NCBI GenBank assembly: GCA_964016885.1
Contig: OZ024740.1
Span: 321,036,001 to 321,100,000 of the forward strand
DNA from: Eledone cirrhosa
Lineage: Eukaryota
Reading direction: 5' to 3'
Length of the DNA: 64,000 nt
The position numbers and the translations under genes are program-made. Shown in pieces: positions 12,203 to 28,283 of this stretch. Each line of letters starts with the position of its first letter. Position 1 is the stretch's first letter. The notes below the pieces were generated by a model, which had not been told where the DNA came from, did no database searches, and saw only the letters and a program-made list of their open reading frames with translations.

Positions 12203-12294
12203 TTCCAGCAAAAAGAAGCAGGGAGACACTGTCCTGATGAAAGATATTGGCTTGAAATATGTATAGGCAGTTATCCTCGCTGCTTCTGCTGGAA
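12203..12294 (+). ncRNA. Type-I hammerhead ribozyme motif with an extended stem I
   Basis: actgtc-CTGATGA-aag(atattgg)ctt-GAAA-tatgtaTA-ggcagt. Outer pairings ttccagca/tgctggaa and gaagcag/ctgcttc. Confidence 0.7.
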
Positions 12295-12610
12295 TCTGCT
12301 AGACGGCGCTGGCCATTAGCCTTTCAATATTCATAGCTGGGCTTTCAAAATGTTTATTTATTAAACATACTGTGTATTTTTAGATATACAAAATTCTGAC
12401 ACACACACATTATATATACATATATACATATATGGCATTAGGAAGGGCATCTATCTAGCTGTAGAAACCAAGCCAAAATCATTTCTGTATGAGCAAGACA
12501 TGGTCAGCTGACCTGGCCTATCTCACAACAGGGCAACTCATCTAACCCATGATACGATAGAAAAATGGATGTTAAACAGTGATGATGATGATTATATACA
12601 TATATATATA

Positions 12611-13600
12611 CAGGGTGTGTCAGTTTTTTTACAATACCTTTTACTAATTTTTCAGATAAATAATGCAAGACATTAAACTGATTCAGCAAATGAAAAGGCA
12701 TGCTGTAATCATTGCCTTAAAAGCACAGCATAGTGATACAGTGATAGCTTCCTTCTTGAAAGTTGCCCAGTCCTTCATCGTCAAAGTTAGAAAGGATATG
12801 GAAGCAGGTGGCAAGGATTCAAAATCACCAGCCAAGTGCAAAATGCATGCACAATGTCCTAATACAATCAGAACACATAACTTCATAAAAAAAAGTTAAA
12901 AAATTAATCGATAAAGCCCCAAGAAAGTCAATCAGAGCCATCACAAAGGACGTTAAGGTTTCAGAATGCACCATCAGAAGAGTTATCCATGAAGGCATCC
13001 AACACAAGTCATATGTGATATAGAGAGGACAGTTTATGTCAGATGTGACAAAAGAAAATCGCTTGGTCTGTGCAAAGTGCTCACTGAATAACATAAAACA
13101 TCAAGAAGCCAGAATGCTTTGGTTCTTTTCTGACGAGAAATACTTTGATCGGGACCAAAAGGTAAATCAAAGGAATGATAGATGGCTATGCAAATACCCA
13201 AATTAGGTTGGGGACAGTTGTGAAGCCCTGGATAGAGAGGGTAAGCAACAGAAGACCGTTCATCTTCCAACAAAACTGTGTCCTCTCATAAGGCCAGAAT
13301 GACCCAAGCAAGGATGCATGACAATCTCCATGACCACGTTCTTTCAGACACATGGCCTCCTAGCTCAGCAGACCTCAACTCCCTGGACAATTACATATGG
13401 GGCATAATTGAAAGAAATGTCAATCATCACCCTCACAACACTATAGAATTTTTCATCCACCATTACCAGCACAATGTCCAATATTGATAGAGGTCATTTG
13501 ATTTGAGCATTCCAATGAAGCAGTCATTGAAGCTAACAGAGAATTCATTGAATAGATATCAATGTATTGTAAATAATATTTGTACCAATTAGTATCTAAA
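12611..13600 (+). pseudogene. Degraded maT/Tc1-mariner transposon with an internal deletion
   Basis: Starts ta|CAGGGTGTG. Fragments KRHAVIIALKA..., FFSDEKYF, WPPSSADLNSLD and EAVIEANREFIE* are paralogous to 2587-3598. Right TIR not found. Confidence 0.85.
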
Positions 13601-13659
13601 TAGAACATTTCTTTGGTGTGCTATGCATCCTTTTCTAAATTCATGCTAATGTCCTTGTA

Positions 13660-14419
13660 TCTTACCTATAATAAAGAAAGGAGTGCGGGACTGCGTCCAG
13701 AATATATTTTTTTACCCCATTTGTAAAATAAGTTGGATTACTTTGAATAAATAATGAATGAATATTACATAATTTATGTGCTAAATTTCGTGGCTGTTGA
13801 TTAAATATATTTTATAGCTTATTTAAAGATTCACTTCTTTAAAATTTTCAAATGTCAACACTTCCGTTTAGCGGCCATTATATTATAACACTTATAATAT
13901 AATCCCGTCACGGTTAACTTTTCGTTTCATCCTTACAGGGTCGATAAAATAAAGTACCAGTAATGTACTGGATATTTGCTGGCCTTGTGCCTAAAATAGA
14001 AACAATTATATTATAACACTTATACAGTCTGAGTTCAAATCCCGTGGAGGTTAACTTTGCCTTTCATCCTTACGGGGTCGATAAAATAAAGTACCAGTAA
14101 TGTACTGGGTAACTGCTGGCCTTGTGCCTAAAGTAGAAACAATTATATTATAACACTTATAAAAATATCGCATATATTTCCGTCGCTGATTTTCTCCTAA
14201 TGCAGTTTATATATAATATCGTCTTTTTTTAAATGTATCATGGATTACTTTACTGATTACCTAAGACAGTGTAACATAGACTTCGTTCAATTTCTGTGTA
14301 TATTGTCAATTTCGATTTTATTTGATGTATCATATCTACATGCATATATATTTGTATAATATCAATATACACACTACACATGCTAGCAGAAAACCATCCG
14401 AGGGTGGTTTTTCTGCTAG
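13660..14419 (+). mobile_element. Non-autonomous Helitron-like element, family A, copy 2, carrying two SINE 3' fragments
   Basis: a|TCTTACCTATAATAAAG ... GCAGAAAACCATCCGAGGGTGGTTTTTCTGCTAG|t. Reverse-complement homolog of 650-1037. Confidence 0.78.
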
Positions 14420-14512
14420 TATACATAATGTTTCAAATTAGATCTATTTTTTAAAAGGAGACTAGGTGGAAAATGAAAAGTGAAACTTCGTTCTCTTATT
14501 TATATATATATA

Positions 14513-15428
14513 CTAGCAGTAAAGCCCGGCGTTGCTCGGGGTCGCTCAGTAGCTGTGTTAAAGTTACAATGTTAAGTTTCTTTTTTGGCTTAAAAACTGT
14601 AGTGTCTACTGTGCAGACTTGCATGTGGTGTTTTTGATTAATATTCCCTCAACCAACAATATGCCTTATGAAGTTAAGAAAACATAACGATAACCCGAAT
14701 GTTATAACAAAAGAGGATGCTGGGGATAAAAACTGCACTGGTTATTTATTAACAAAGATCGAAAATGTAAACACTGCAACGCAGAGAAAAACATTAGCGT
14801 AACCAAATTATCAGTTATGTCTGTCTGCACGCCTATATCACCTCTCTGCACGACTGTCTGTCTGCACGCCTATATCACCTCTCTGCACGACTGTCTGTCT
14901 GCACGCCTATATCACCTCTCTGCACGACTGTCTGTCTGCACGCCTATATCACCTCTCTGCACGACTGTCTGTCTGCACGCCTGAAATATTTGCTTGTTTT
15001 ACGTAGTCTTTAAATAGACTTGTTTTCAAGTAAAAATATTGTTTTAAAATGCTTTTAAATGGAAATGAAGCAAAACGGAAGCTTAGTGTTCGAACTGCTG
15101 AATTTTGCAGGTCAATATTTTGCTGGCTCGACAACTGTTCGTTCGTGTATTGTGTTAATGTCATTTTAAACGCTGAGAAAGCCAGCGTAATTTTTTTACG
15201 TAAGACGCTCAATGTAAACAGAACAAAGGGAAATAACTGATAACTTACGCTCAAAAATCGATACATTATATTCGATTTCGTCACATAGGGTGGGTCAATT
15301 TGAAATTATTTTTTTTCCGATGTCTTCGCTAGGGCTCAATGTACAAGTATAGCAATTTCGGTGGAATTCCGAGAGAGATTCTAAGAGGAGATGTGTGCCA
15401 AAAATCGATAGACAGACAGACAACCACA

Positions 15429-15445
<17 letters not shown>
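14513..15445 (-). mobile_element. Non-autonomous Helitron-like element, family B
   Basis: Minus-strand 3' end CCCGAGCAACGCCGGG hairpin + CTTTACTG-CTAG|t. 5' end is (TA)n-AAAACTGTGGTT-(GTCT)n. The 5' boundary is approximate because it merges into (TA)n. Confidence 0.65.
14818..14983 (+). repeat. 37-bp tandem repeat (~4.5 near-identical units) inside Helitron family B
   Basis: ctgtctgtctgcacgcctatatcacctctctgcacga repeated. Confidence 0.92.
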
Positions 15446-15471
<26 letters not shown>

Positions 15472-15597
15472 TAACTGAATTTCTGACAACTAACATCTCA
15501 TGTACCAATGTCAGCTCTGAAATATACATAACAGAGGCTTATTTAATAAACTAAAGTATGAAAATGATGATGTATGTATGTATGTATATATTAATAA

Positions 15598-17096
<1,499 letters not shown>

Positions 17097-17819
17097 TGGT
17101 TTCTGATTTAGGCACAAGGCCAACAAATATGGGGGTGGGGTGGAGGGGAAAATTGATTAAACAACCCCAGTGTATTACTGGTATTTTATTTTGTTAATCC
17201 CATAAGTTTGTCAATGACAGGCAAAGCTAACCTTGACAGGATTTTAACTCGGAATGTAACCGGACACAACTCTATGCCATAAAGCATATTGTCCGATACT
17301 CTACCGATACTGCCAATCTACCACCCTATGTATATATTAATAATAAAAAGACATTAATACCCAAAATCTAATGAGTATCCTTCCCCACTTAGTAGCTGTT
17401 AACTTCACAATGTCCAGTCCACCCTGTATGGTGGTTGTTTTGGTGACATCACAAAAAATGTCCAGTCCACTCTACATGGTGATCATGTTGGTGACATGAC
17501 AAAAAACGTCCAGTCCACCCTGTATGGTGGTTGTGCTGGTGACATGACAAAAAAGCACCAAGTCTAATCTGTTAAATGGTCATTTTGGTGCCATGATAAT
17601 AAACACCCAGTCCACACTAACATGGTTGGCATTAGGAAGGGCATCTAGCCATAGAAACCAAGTTAAAATACAGATCTGTATGAGCAAGACATGGTCACCT
17701 GACCTGACTTGTCTTATAACATGACAACCTTTCTAACCCATACAAGCGTGGGGAAAAAAAAAAAAAAAAAAAAAAATCGACATTAAACGATGACAATGAT
17801 ATAAATATAAGCATGAATG

Positions 17820-19130
17820 AGGAAAATAATCCGGAGAGGGAAAGTATACCCAACAGATGGACAGGTCATTCAAGTTAGCAGCAATATGGACGGTAAAACA
17901 ATCAAAGATATGAAGATAGGCAAAGCAGAAGGAATATCAAGAATAGTTGCTGAGACACTAAAAGCATCTGGAATGGTGGGTGACACTTGAAACATGCATA
18001 TAATAAACTGGGTAATAAAAGAGGGTGTCATACCTAATGACTGACATAGCAACTGTATTATCAGCTGCTACAAGGGCAAAAAAAAAAAAAAAATGCAATT
18101 GATAGAGGAAACTATAGGCAACAAATTGATAATCCAGGTTATGAAAGTTACCGAGAGTTATAACATAACTGATTAAATATAGACTTAACCTAGACAAGAT
18201 GCAGAAGTACTTAACTAAGAATAAGCCCCTGTATCTAGCATTTATTGACCTGAAGAAATCATTTGGCAGGATATCTAGTTTCATAATCTGTTGGGCTCTT
18301 AGGAAAGTAAGAGTAGATGAGTGGCTAGTGAAGTTCGTACAGGTCATATACAGAGGAGGAGTCAACAAGATTAGAGTTAACAATGAATATAGTGATGTGT
18401 TTAGTGTACTGATGGGGGGTCCACCAGAGCTCCATTCTGTTTATTATAGTCCCCCAGGCCATAACAAAGGAATTCAAGACTGGCTGTTCATGGGAACATC
18501 TATATGTGAATGACCTAGTTCCAGAAAAATCTGGAATAAAAAAGCCGCAAAGTCAATTTAGCAAAGATTAAAGTCCTAATTAGGAGAAAAGATGACATGA
18601 CCCTGATTTTATCAGGGAAATAGCAATGTTCAATAGGCAAAAAAAGTGGATAGAAATTCTATACAGTTTACAAAATGTAAACTATGGGTACACAAGAGAT
18701 GTAGCATGATCTCGAGAGGCTAACAAAAAATGTAGACTTTGTATGTGGCAGGGGCATAGGAGCAGTAAGCAGCAAGAGCTTAACATGAAAGAAGCTCTAT
18801 TGAATGCTCAGATATATCCCTAGAAATAGTTTACAGCTTCCATTACCTAAGTCCTTTATTCAGCAGTTGGGAGTGGATACACTGAATGCACAGTAACTAA
18901 TGCAAGAACCTTGTGGAAAAAGTTCAAAGACCTACTATCTCTATTGGATACAAAGGATTTCTCTCTCAGGATGAAAGGCAGATTGTATGGTGCCTGTGTG
19001 AGAACTGTGGTGCTGCATAGAAATGAGACTTGGGTCTTAAATGCAGAGGATTTGTTAAGATTGGAAAGAAATGAGGTAAGCATGTTCTGATAGCAAACAG
19101 AGAAAAGCTATGCATAAGAGGGATTAGAGT
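17820..19130 (+). mobile_element. Degraded RTE LINE (RT region)
   Basis: KYLTKNKPLYLAFIDLKKSF..WALRK..DEWLVK, with many stops. Homologous to 52811-55260. Boundaries approximate. Confidence 0.85.
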
Positions 19131-21767
19131 AGTAGTGCTGATACCAGGACAAAAAGCACCCAGTGTGCAGTGTAAGGTGGTAGTACTGGTGCCATGACAA
19201 AAAAAAGCACCCAGTTCACCAAAATGCTCCCAACTGTAGAAACCAAACCCAAAGCAGTGCATATGTGTAAGACATGATCACCTAACCAGCCTAGCCTCAG
19301 TATGTGACAACCCATTTAACCCATGCAAACATGGAAAACTGACATTGAACAGCAATGATGATGATGATGATTTTATAAATATCTAGGAACCTGTCACGTC
19401 AGATTTAGCTCCACATCCAGTGTGCTCTCAACATATGCGGGTTTTTCCAGAGAAGGAGAGAGAAGAGAAGTGAGAAAGAGATATAAAGGATGAATTACTC
19501 CCAGTACTGAGTTCATACTTTTTTTTATTGAGCTTGAAAGGATGAAAATCAAAATTGACCTCAGAGAGAGCAGAGAACCGCAATGAATATCAGAAAGCAT
19601 TCTAACCAATGTTCTATCTACTCTGCCAATTCACTGCCTTCAATTCATGTTTCATGCCCATATATAATCCAGTTGGCTTACATCAATGTCTTTAATATTC
19701 AGATACATTCTTAACTTTTTGACCAGCTTTCATTTGTTGATCCCTTTTATACAAAACAACCTGAAAACCCCCGATTCTGTTTTATCTGTAAATCTTCAAT
19801 CATAATAAATAAGAATCTTTGTTAAGTTACATTCCAAACAACAATTTGATAATGATAAAATTAGTTATATTACAAAATCTCATGAAGTTCTTGATTATTT
19901 TCAAAATTATTAGAAAACCAGACACCATATAATTATGGTGATGAAAATGTTTGAAGTATTTATATTTATTTAAAAACCTTCAATCATAATCTTATGTAAG
20001 AGCTTTTGTTGGGTTGCATGCATCAGCTTATTAATAAGTTATATTACTAAATCCCTCCAAATTCTAGATTATTTTCAAAAATATTTGATAACCATAGGCA
20101 ATGTCTTTCATTAGAAATATGGTGATGAAAGGGTTAAGTTTACCTCATAATTTGATTTTCCTGAGGATAAACAGAATGACTTTGTTGCCTACAGAGATTA
20201 CAACCCCACATCCCCCTCAAACAGGAATCATTATTACAACTTTTTCTAGCAACACAGAGTCTAAGATAACAACCCCCACCACCAACAACACCATTTCCCC
20301 TTCAAACAGGAGTCATTATTCTATCTCTGGCTACACAAAGACACTGTTCATTGTATGTGTTACTTGTAGCAGAACTATTTCCTTCTTCCACTGTGGTGGC
20401 ATCAAGCAGACCAGTTTTCAATACACACAGCCTATGTCCTGAGCTACTTCACTACACACCAAGTTTTTAGCAGACAAGTAGTCACTGTCAAAGAGCCCAC
20501 TGTACTTTTTGTCAACATAATTTGCTCTGACTACACATTATTGAATCCCAGCATATACTCATTATATTATTATTAATTATAAAAGTCGATTAGCAGAGTC
20601 ATTAGAGCACCAGACAAGTGCTTAGCTGTGTTTATTCTGGGTCTTTATGTCCTGAGTTCAAATCCCACCAAAATCAACTTTGCCTTTCATTCTTCCGAGA
20701 TCGCTAGAATAAAGTACCAGTCAAACATTGGGGTGGATTTAATTGACTTTCTCCTCCTTCGTGATTGCTGGCCTTGTGCCTAAATTAGAAACCATTATTA
20801 TTATAAATTCGTATCTGTACACAAACAGTACAGGATTTAACTGAAGCTGCAAGTAATGTGTATGTAAATACATCATCATCATCACTGTATAATGTCTGTT
20901 TGCCATGTTTGCATAGGTTAGACAGATTGTTATGTATTGAAGCTAGACTGGTAAGGTGACTACATCTTGCACATATTCTCCATTTTTGGCTTGGTGTCTA
21001 TGGTTGGATGCCCTTCCTAACGCCAACCACTTTACAGCGTGAACTGGGAGTATATTATTGTGACTCTAGCTGACAGTATGTACTGGGAGCATATTATTGT
21101 GACTCTAGTTGACAGTGTGTACTGGGTGCTTTTTGTTATGTCATCAGCACTACTGCTTTACTGTGCAGACAGTGCTTTTTATCATGGTGTTAGCTCTACC
21201 ACCTTATATGGATTGCTTCATGAATATGTGTTTCATAAACATGTCTTATTTATTTAAACTCTGTACTGTTTGTGAACAGATGTGAATTTATAGTATACTT
21301 CAGTTGTGTGTGGGTATGGATGCATATATATCATCATTTTATAACCACTTTCCATGCTGGTATGGGTTGGATGGGTTGTCATGATCCAAGACAAAATGGC
21401 TCGTATCAACCCATTTTGCTCATACATTCCATATTTGGCATGGTTCCGATGACTAGATGCCCCTCCTAATGCCAGCAAACTTACAGAGTGTACTGGGTGC
21501 ATTTTTTCAGGGCATCAGCACACACTTTACAGCATGTATTGGCTGCCTTTTTTTGTGGTACTCTCATTAAAACTTAACTGAATGTACTGGTTAGATTTTG
21601 TTGTGGCACCAGACACCAACGTCAACACTTTAGTGAGTAGCCTGAGTAAATTTTGTTATGGCGCCAACACTGACACATAGTGACTAATAATAACAGTATA
21701 AATCACAGTCATTTCTGACGTTTTCAGCTTCCTGACCACTGTACTAACCAGAACTTCATTATAGCGA

Positions 21768-21965
21768 CGAGGGTCAGCTGAAAAGTTCATAGGCAGACTA
21801 CGAAAGATTGATGTTAGGGCTGTGAAATCTTGTATGTATTAATTTCAATTCTTTTTATTAATAACTGCATTGTTTCTTTCCAGGGACTATGTTGAAAAAT
21901 AAACCTCATTTGGTCATTTCATGAGAGTATCTTGGTCACTCTATGAACTTTTCAACTGACCCTCG
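21768..21965. mobile_element. Mariner-like MITE, 198 bp
   Basis: TIRs CGAGGGTCAGCTGAAAAGTTCATAG / CTATGAACTTTTCAACTGACCCTCG followed by TA. Confidence 0.8.
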
Positions 21966-22198
21966 TATATTCACCTAACATCTTTACACCCCCCTCCCCT
22001 CTTCTATGTTTTGTTACTAAAGGTAGGTGGCTGAGTAAAAAACTTCCATACTATGTCTGTCTTTCTTCTGTGTTCTTATATCAAAGTCAGCTGTCACTAT
22101 TCACCAAGTCATTTATTATTTGGCATGTATTGTTAATGATCAATGTATGTATCAATAGAGTATTCTGAGGTTTTATTGTGCAAGATTGCGAGATACAA

Positions 22199-22302
<104 letters not shown>

Positions 22303-22789
22303 TAGCTGTAGGTCATGTTGTACAGAGCAGTGGTCTTTAACCTGAGTTTATAAAATATTTAGAGTGTATTCACAAAAATGGGGTCCTTACAGGGGTTTTC
22401 GGTAAAGTGTCACAGTTCTTCACAACATTCTAAAGTTGTTATTTTAATATGTTATCCTCCCAGTACTGGGCTTTAGGAGTAGGTCTTTCCTTCTTGGGTA
22501 AATGTTTGCAATGCAATAAACTACAGTCCAACAAATCACCATTTATTGTTATTTCGTGTATAGCTTAACTAAACCTACGTACATACATATTCTTTCTATT
22601 ATCAAGTTTAACCCATCCCTATCATATTCCTCATGTAATACACTGCCTAGAGGTTTCAAATAATTTTGAAAATAATGAAGAATTTGGAGGGATTTAGTTA
22701 ACATAACTTTCTCATTACTATGCTGACATTTAGAACATATAGGTTTTAGATAAATATATATACTTTAAAATGATTGTTAGTGGCACCAG

Positions 22790-24946
22790 AGCATGAACTA
22801 ATGGAATCAGGAGTACAGGACAATCTGGAGAGGAGGGTTTGAAAGTTAAAGGACCCCTCTGTTAAATATAGATTCAGAAATGCTTAAGATGAAAGGCAGA
22901 GGAACTATATACATATAACATAGAGGACAATTGGAAGTTTCTAAGTGACAACTTGCTGTGGGTTATGGACAAGATCTGTGGCTTGAGCAAGGCACCGGCC
23001 AGGTGAAGTGTGACTTGTTAGCGGAACAGCACCATAGTCAGAGCCATTAAAGTTAAGAGATAAGCATGGAGACTGAGAAAATGGAGGAAGCAAAGAATAA
23101 TATCAAGTAGCTAAAAGAGAAGCTACATGACAGGTAGAGAAGCTGAAAGCAGGAGGTTTGCCAATATCCCGTGATGGGAGGGAAAGAGGTGTGAAGTGTT
23201 CTATGTTGCAAAGCAATGTGTTAGTGTGAATCAGGATGTTGTAAAAGAATGTTCGCAATAACACTCGTACATTTAGCCTCACTAATGCTCAGAAGAAAGA
23301 GGCCAGGAATGTTACTATGAGAGATTGATGAATTTGAGTAAGAAAGAGAGACTACTTCCGGTAGACTCAACAGAATTGACAGTTATAGAGTCAAAAAAGC
23401 ATTCAGGAATATATAAATTGGAAAAACTGCTAGACCATCAGAAATAGTTGCTAAGATGCTGAAATCATCAGGTAAAGCAAGATTCAGTGGTTAATCATTC
23501 ACATAGTCAATCAGGTAATACATAATGGTATCATACCCAATCATGATTGGTGTAGCATGAACTGTTACAAGAGGAGAAAAGGTGATGCTCTAGAAAGGAA
23601 CAGCTAAAGAGGTATAAAACTGATTGATCAAGTTATGACAGAAGTTTTAGTACAACTAATTAAGGAAAGAGTAAAATTAGATATATTTTAGATTTGTACC
23701 CAACAGGAACACCACAGATGTCCTCTTCTTAGTGGGACAACTACAGAAGAGGTTCCAAACCAAGTGTAAACCAACTTTTAAAGATCAGGAAAGATCTTTG
23801 ATATAATCTGGTGATCCTTAAGGAAACTGGGTGAGGATGAGTGGTTTGTGAGAACAGTCCAAGTCATGTATAAAGTGGAAGTAGGTAATGAGTTTAGTGA
23901 GGAATTCAATGTGCATGTAGAGTTCCTCAAGATCTGTCTTCAGCCCACTCTTGTTTATTATAGTTCACCAGGCCACAATAGAGGAATTTAAGACCAGTTG
24001 TCTATGCTGATAATCTGGTTTTTATAACCAAATTTGTGGAAAAGCTAGAGAAGAAATTCCTTTTGTGGAAACAAAACTTAAAAATCAAAACATAGGTTCA
24101 GAGTAAACTTAAAAAAGACCAGTCTTAGTAAGTAGGAAAGAAGACACTATCAGGGAAATGGCCATACTTAATATGTAAAAAGGAGTAGGTAGGAACTCTA
24201 TATGATGTACTTAATATAAAATATAAATACATAAAGTGTAATAGCAGGCAGGTTAAGAGAAAAAGTTGTCTTTGTATGTGGTAAATGCAAAGAGATAGCT
24301 GGTAGTAAGACCAAGATAATAATCTTTTATCAATCTTGAGAAAGATTGTGTTACCTAGGTAACCTAATTAGCAGCAGAGCAGCTTATTCTGAAAGCATAG
24401 TACCAATAATAAGAACAGGATGGAACAGTTCAGGAAGCTACTGCTGCTTTTGACAACAAAGGGTTTCTGTGTACAAGTGAAAGGCAGGTAATATAATGCC
24501 TGTGTGTGAAGTATGATGATGTAGGGTACTGAGATATAGACAGTGAATGCCGGGACATGAGAAGGCTGGACGGAAACAAGTTGAGCCTGCTTCAATGGAT
24601 GTGCAATGTTAGTGTGCATGAACGGTGAAGCATGAATGAACTAAGAGAAAAACTGGGCATAAGAGGAATAAGATAAAGTGTGCAAGAGAGAAGACTGCGT
24701 TGATATGGACAATGATCCTTGGGTGAAGAAGTGCTAAAAGATCCCAGTTAAAGAAAGTCGCAGTAGAGGGAGACTTGGGCAGAATGGTGAGGGCTGATCT
24801 CAAAGCACTGCACTTCACTTCACAGAGATGACGAAGGAATACAAGTGGAGGGGGGGGGGGGCTATGCTGGTAAAGACACACTCAAGCCATGCAAGCATGG
24901 AAAATGGATATAATATGATGATAATGATGATGGTGATGATGATGAT
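22790..24946 (+). mobile_element. Degraded RTE LINE with a (GAT)n tail
   Basis: Colinear with the reverse complement of 52811-55100. Ends in catgcaagcatggaaaatgga...(gat)n. Confidence 0.85.
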
Positions 24947-27900
24947 GCATGAACATCACTTTAATTTATTCCACATATCTGCAGGAATTTGGTATGTGGA
25001 AATTTAGAATGATTTCTTAGTAACTAAAAGAAAATGTTTAAAATTAAATTGTTTGATAATAATTAAAAAATATATGAAAGAAAATTATTGTAAATTGATT
25101 TAAATGAATGTGAAATGAAATTATCGATCAGAGATTGTCATCTACTCAAAATGAAAGAATACCGAAAGTTGAATATATCAACTCCAGAAAGATGAACGGC
25201 AAAGTTAACCTCGGCAGGATTTAAATGCCACAAATCATTTTGTCCTACATTTTAATAACTTTATTACACGATGCCATAAATCCATTTATAAAAACGTTCA
25301 TAAGCACCAATCATTCATTCAAAAATAATTCACTGCACCACCATTTTAAAACATGGAGACACTGGGGAGGATCCACTACGTCTAGGGAGTCAATGCTAAC
25401 CTATGTAATCTGTGGTTGTGTATGCAGGGGGTCCAGTGTGCTGCTTTTCTCCAGGAATCACCGGATTTAGAGGCCCCAAGGCATTACTTTGCTCTAGGGC
25501 CTTAATGCTGTTAAAACGACCCCGGTTCATTGGTCGTATTTTTTGAAAAGATATAGTATCTTTAAATTTGATCAGACTGCTGATGCATATGGCAAGCCTT
25601 CCTGTGCTAAGGGGCTTAAGCCCCTCCAATGATGTGGAAAATTGTTGAATGATCTTAGTTTTGTTAGTTAAAAAATCATGTATTACTGTTCAAATAAGTA
25701 ACAAATACAAATAAAAGCATTAACTGATGAAAATGATCTGGTCTCTGTCGGAAATGATTTTGTTTCCAAGAGCTGCAATCGTTAAAGCTCATTTGGAAGA
25801 TTTGTCTGATGATTTCAAATAATTTATTTCAATATACTTGTGCTTTGGTTTTTACTATTATTACAATGATTTTCTATTGATCTAAATATGTTAGTATGAC
25901 CATGTTTTTAATTTCTTTCTTAGTATTGTATTAGTGATATAAAAACATGAGCTAATAAGACACATGTACAGCATATATACTTAAACCCCTCAAATCCCAA
26001 AACTGTAACGAAAGCTGGTAAGTGGTATAGACAAGGGAAGCTCATTCCAAAGAACTGAGGTTGACTTAAACGGAATTGTATTGGCATTTTATATTTATTA
26101 ACACAGATCAATAAAAGGCAAGGTCAAACCTCGACGGGAATTGACAACAGCAAACTTAAAGTGCGACACGACATACCAACAATAAATAAAATCAGCTCGT
26201 ATTTGAATACACACAACAATAAAAAAAAAAATGACTCAGTAAAAATAAAACATCAACACTCCCTCAGTTATACACTATAACAGGGAATAGTGGTAGTGCT
26301 CTCTAAAATTGTTGATGGAATCCAAAACATTTACAGCATTACTGCGAGTGATAACGTGACTGAGGCTCTAAGACAGCTAAGTACCCACCCTCACATCACC
26401 TAATACTCCGGTAAGACCAGATGAGAGAAAGATTGAGGAGCTGGAACAGCCAAATACCCACACTCATGAACATCACATTCAAGGTACTTCAACATCACGA
26501 ACCACCAACGATGACAGATTGTTTAATTCCTGTCCATTTTCTATTATTCTTTTTAATAAAATACGAAACCGCACAGCATTTCTGAGTTCAAATCCCGTCG
26601 AAGTTAACTTTGCCTTTCATCCTTAAGGGGTCGATAAAATAAAGCACCAGTAATGCACAGGGGTAATTGCTGGCCTTGTGCAAAAAGTAGAAACAATTAT
26701 TAAAGCTGGAAGATATTTTCCTTCAAATTACATACTTAGTAATTATTGTTTAACCTCAGGTCAGCCTAGATCGAGCCGATAGATGATCAAAGTTATTTCA
26801 GCCTTGGCCATCCCATCCCGCCTTTATAGAGAGATTAGTAGGGTGTGATAGTGGGTCCTAGTTAGTTCATAGTTTTATAAACAATGAAGTGTTATATGTT
26901 ATATATATAGCAGCAACACGTGGGAGGTGGTTGAGATTTAAACACTATCAAATAGGCCAAGCTGATTATATATTGTACAAGATTTACAAAGAAAGATTTT
27001 CATAATCCATTAAACTAACACATTACTGTCTAAAATGCTCGGTTAGCATATTAATATACCAATATATTGGCAGAACATGCCCCAAATGTTCACCAGATAA
27101 CAATCTTTAAAGGTTAAAATAAATAAAAATCAACAGGTGTCTTCCATTTTCTTCCTTTTAAACAATAAAAACGGTTAGTAACCTTGTTGACAAATTCCCT
27201 TTAGGCCAAAGAAACTTTTAAGTTTTTTTGTTTGTTTTTTACTATACTTAAATAATTTTAAATCATGGATTCTTTTCCTTTTTCGGTCCCAGTTCAAATT
27301 TAAAAGATATAAGAGTAAAATCATTAAACCTGTAATATTGTAAGTCGTTCTAAGTACAGAGTTGCCACCCAACGCCATAAATAGACTTTCAGATTTTGCA
27401 GTCCTCCGAATAATAAATAAATACTTTATATGGAATATTTTATCAGTCGTATTATATAAAAGTAAGCAGGATAGTGTGTGTATGGTAATTTGAATTAATA
27501 ACTTCTATATTATACTAGTAGATACGTTTGTAATGTATCAACTAGTGTAACATTGTTACATATCCTTAATCAAGGTGGAATGAGTCAATTACAATTAATT
27601 AAATAATTAATAAAAGTGATTAGGAAAACAATTTAAATTGTATCTACTATCTTAATTTGAAGTCTACAATACATTTAAAGAAATAGTAATGAGTTTATTT
27701 TAGATATACATTAAACAAGGTGTTAAAAGAAAAAAAACCTATACGACGAGGCAGCCTATTATGTGAACGCCCGAGCTTCTAAAAATAATAGCCTAATTTC
27801 TCTCAAATTACAGGAAGGACAAATTATATAAAATATATTATAGATAAACTGCTTTTAATAATTAGTTTGCTCGATGAGGACTAATCTGGGGGCGGAGTGC

Positions 27901-28283
27901 TAAACAACAACTGGTGGAATCGTAGGAGATCCGTTGTGAAATACGGTGTTTCTTGGGTATTTTAAGTCTGGCGGAGCCCATCCCTCTCCAGGTCTGAACA
28001 CAGCAGATTTTTTCCAGAAAAGGGATAGAAAGCGAGAGAGAGGAAATGAGGAAAAAGATATAGAGGAAGAAGCGACTCTAGTACTAGACTGGTACTTTTA
28101 TATCGACCCCGAAAAGATGAAAAGCAAAGCTGTAATTATACATAAAGGTTAATAGCAATGCCCCAGCATGGCCACAACTCATGAGTATAACTGTTGTTAT
28201 ACCCCATAAGGTTATCAATAACAATTACTGTATCCCTCCTAGACGAATAAGAAAAGAAAATGTTCAATAAAGTAAATACTTAC

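Noticed and set aside
19682-19760. In-frame TGA in an otherwise open alternative frame (possible selenocysteine)
   Set aside because: The exon itself is unproven, there is no redox-motif context, and I identified no SECIS element.
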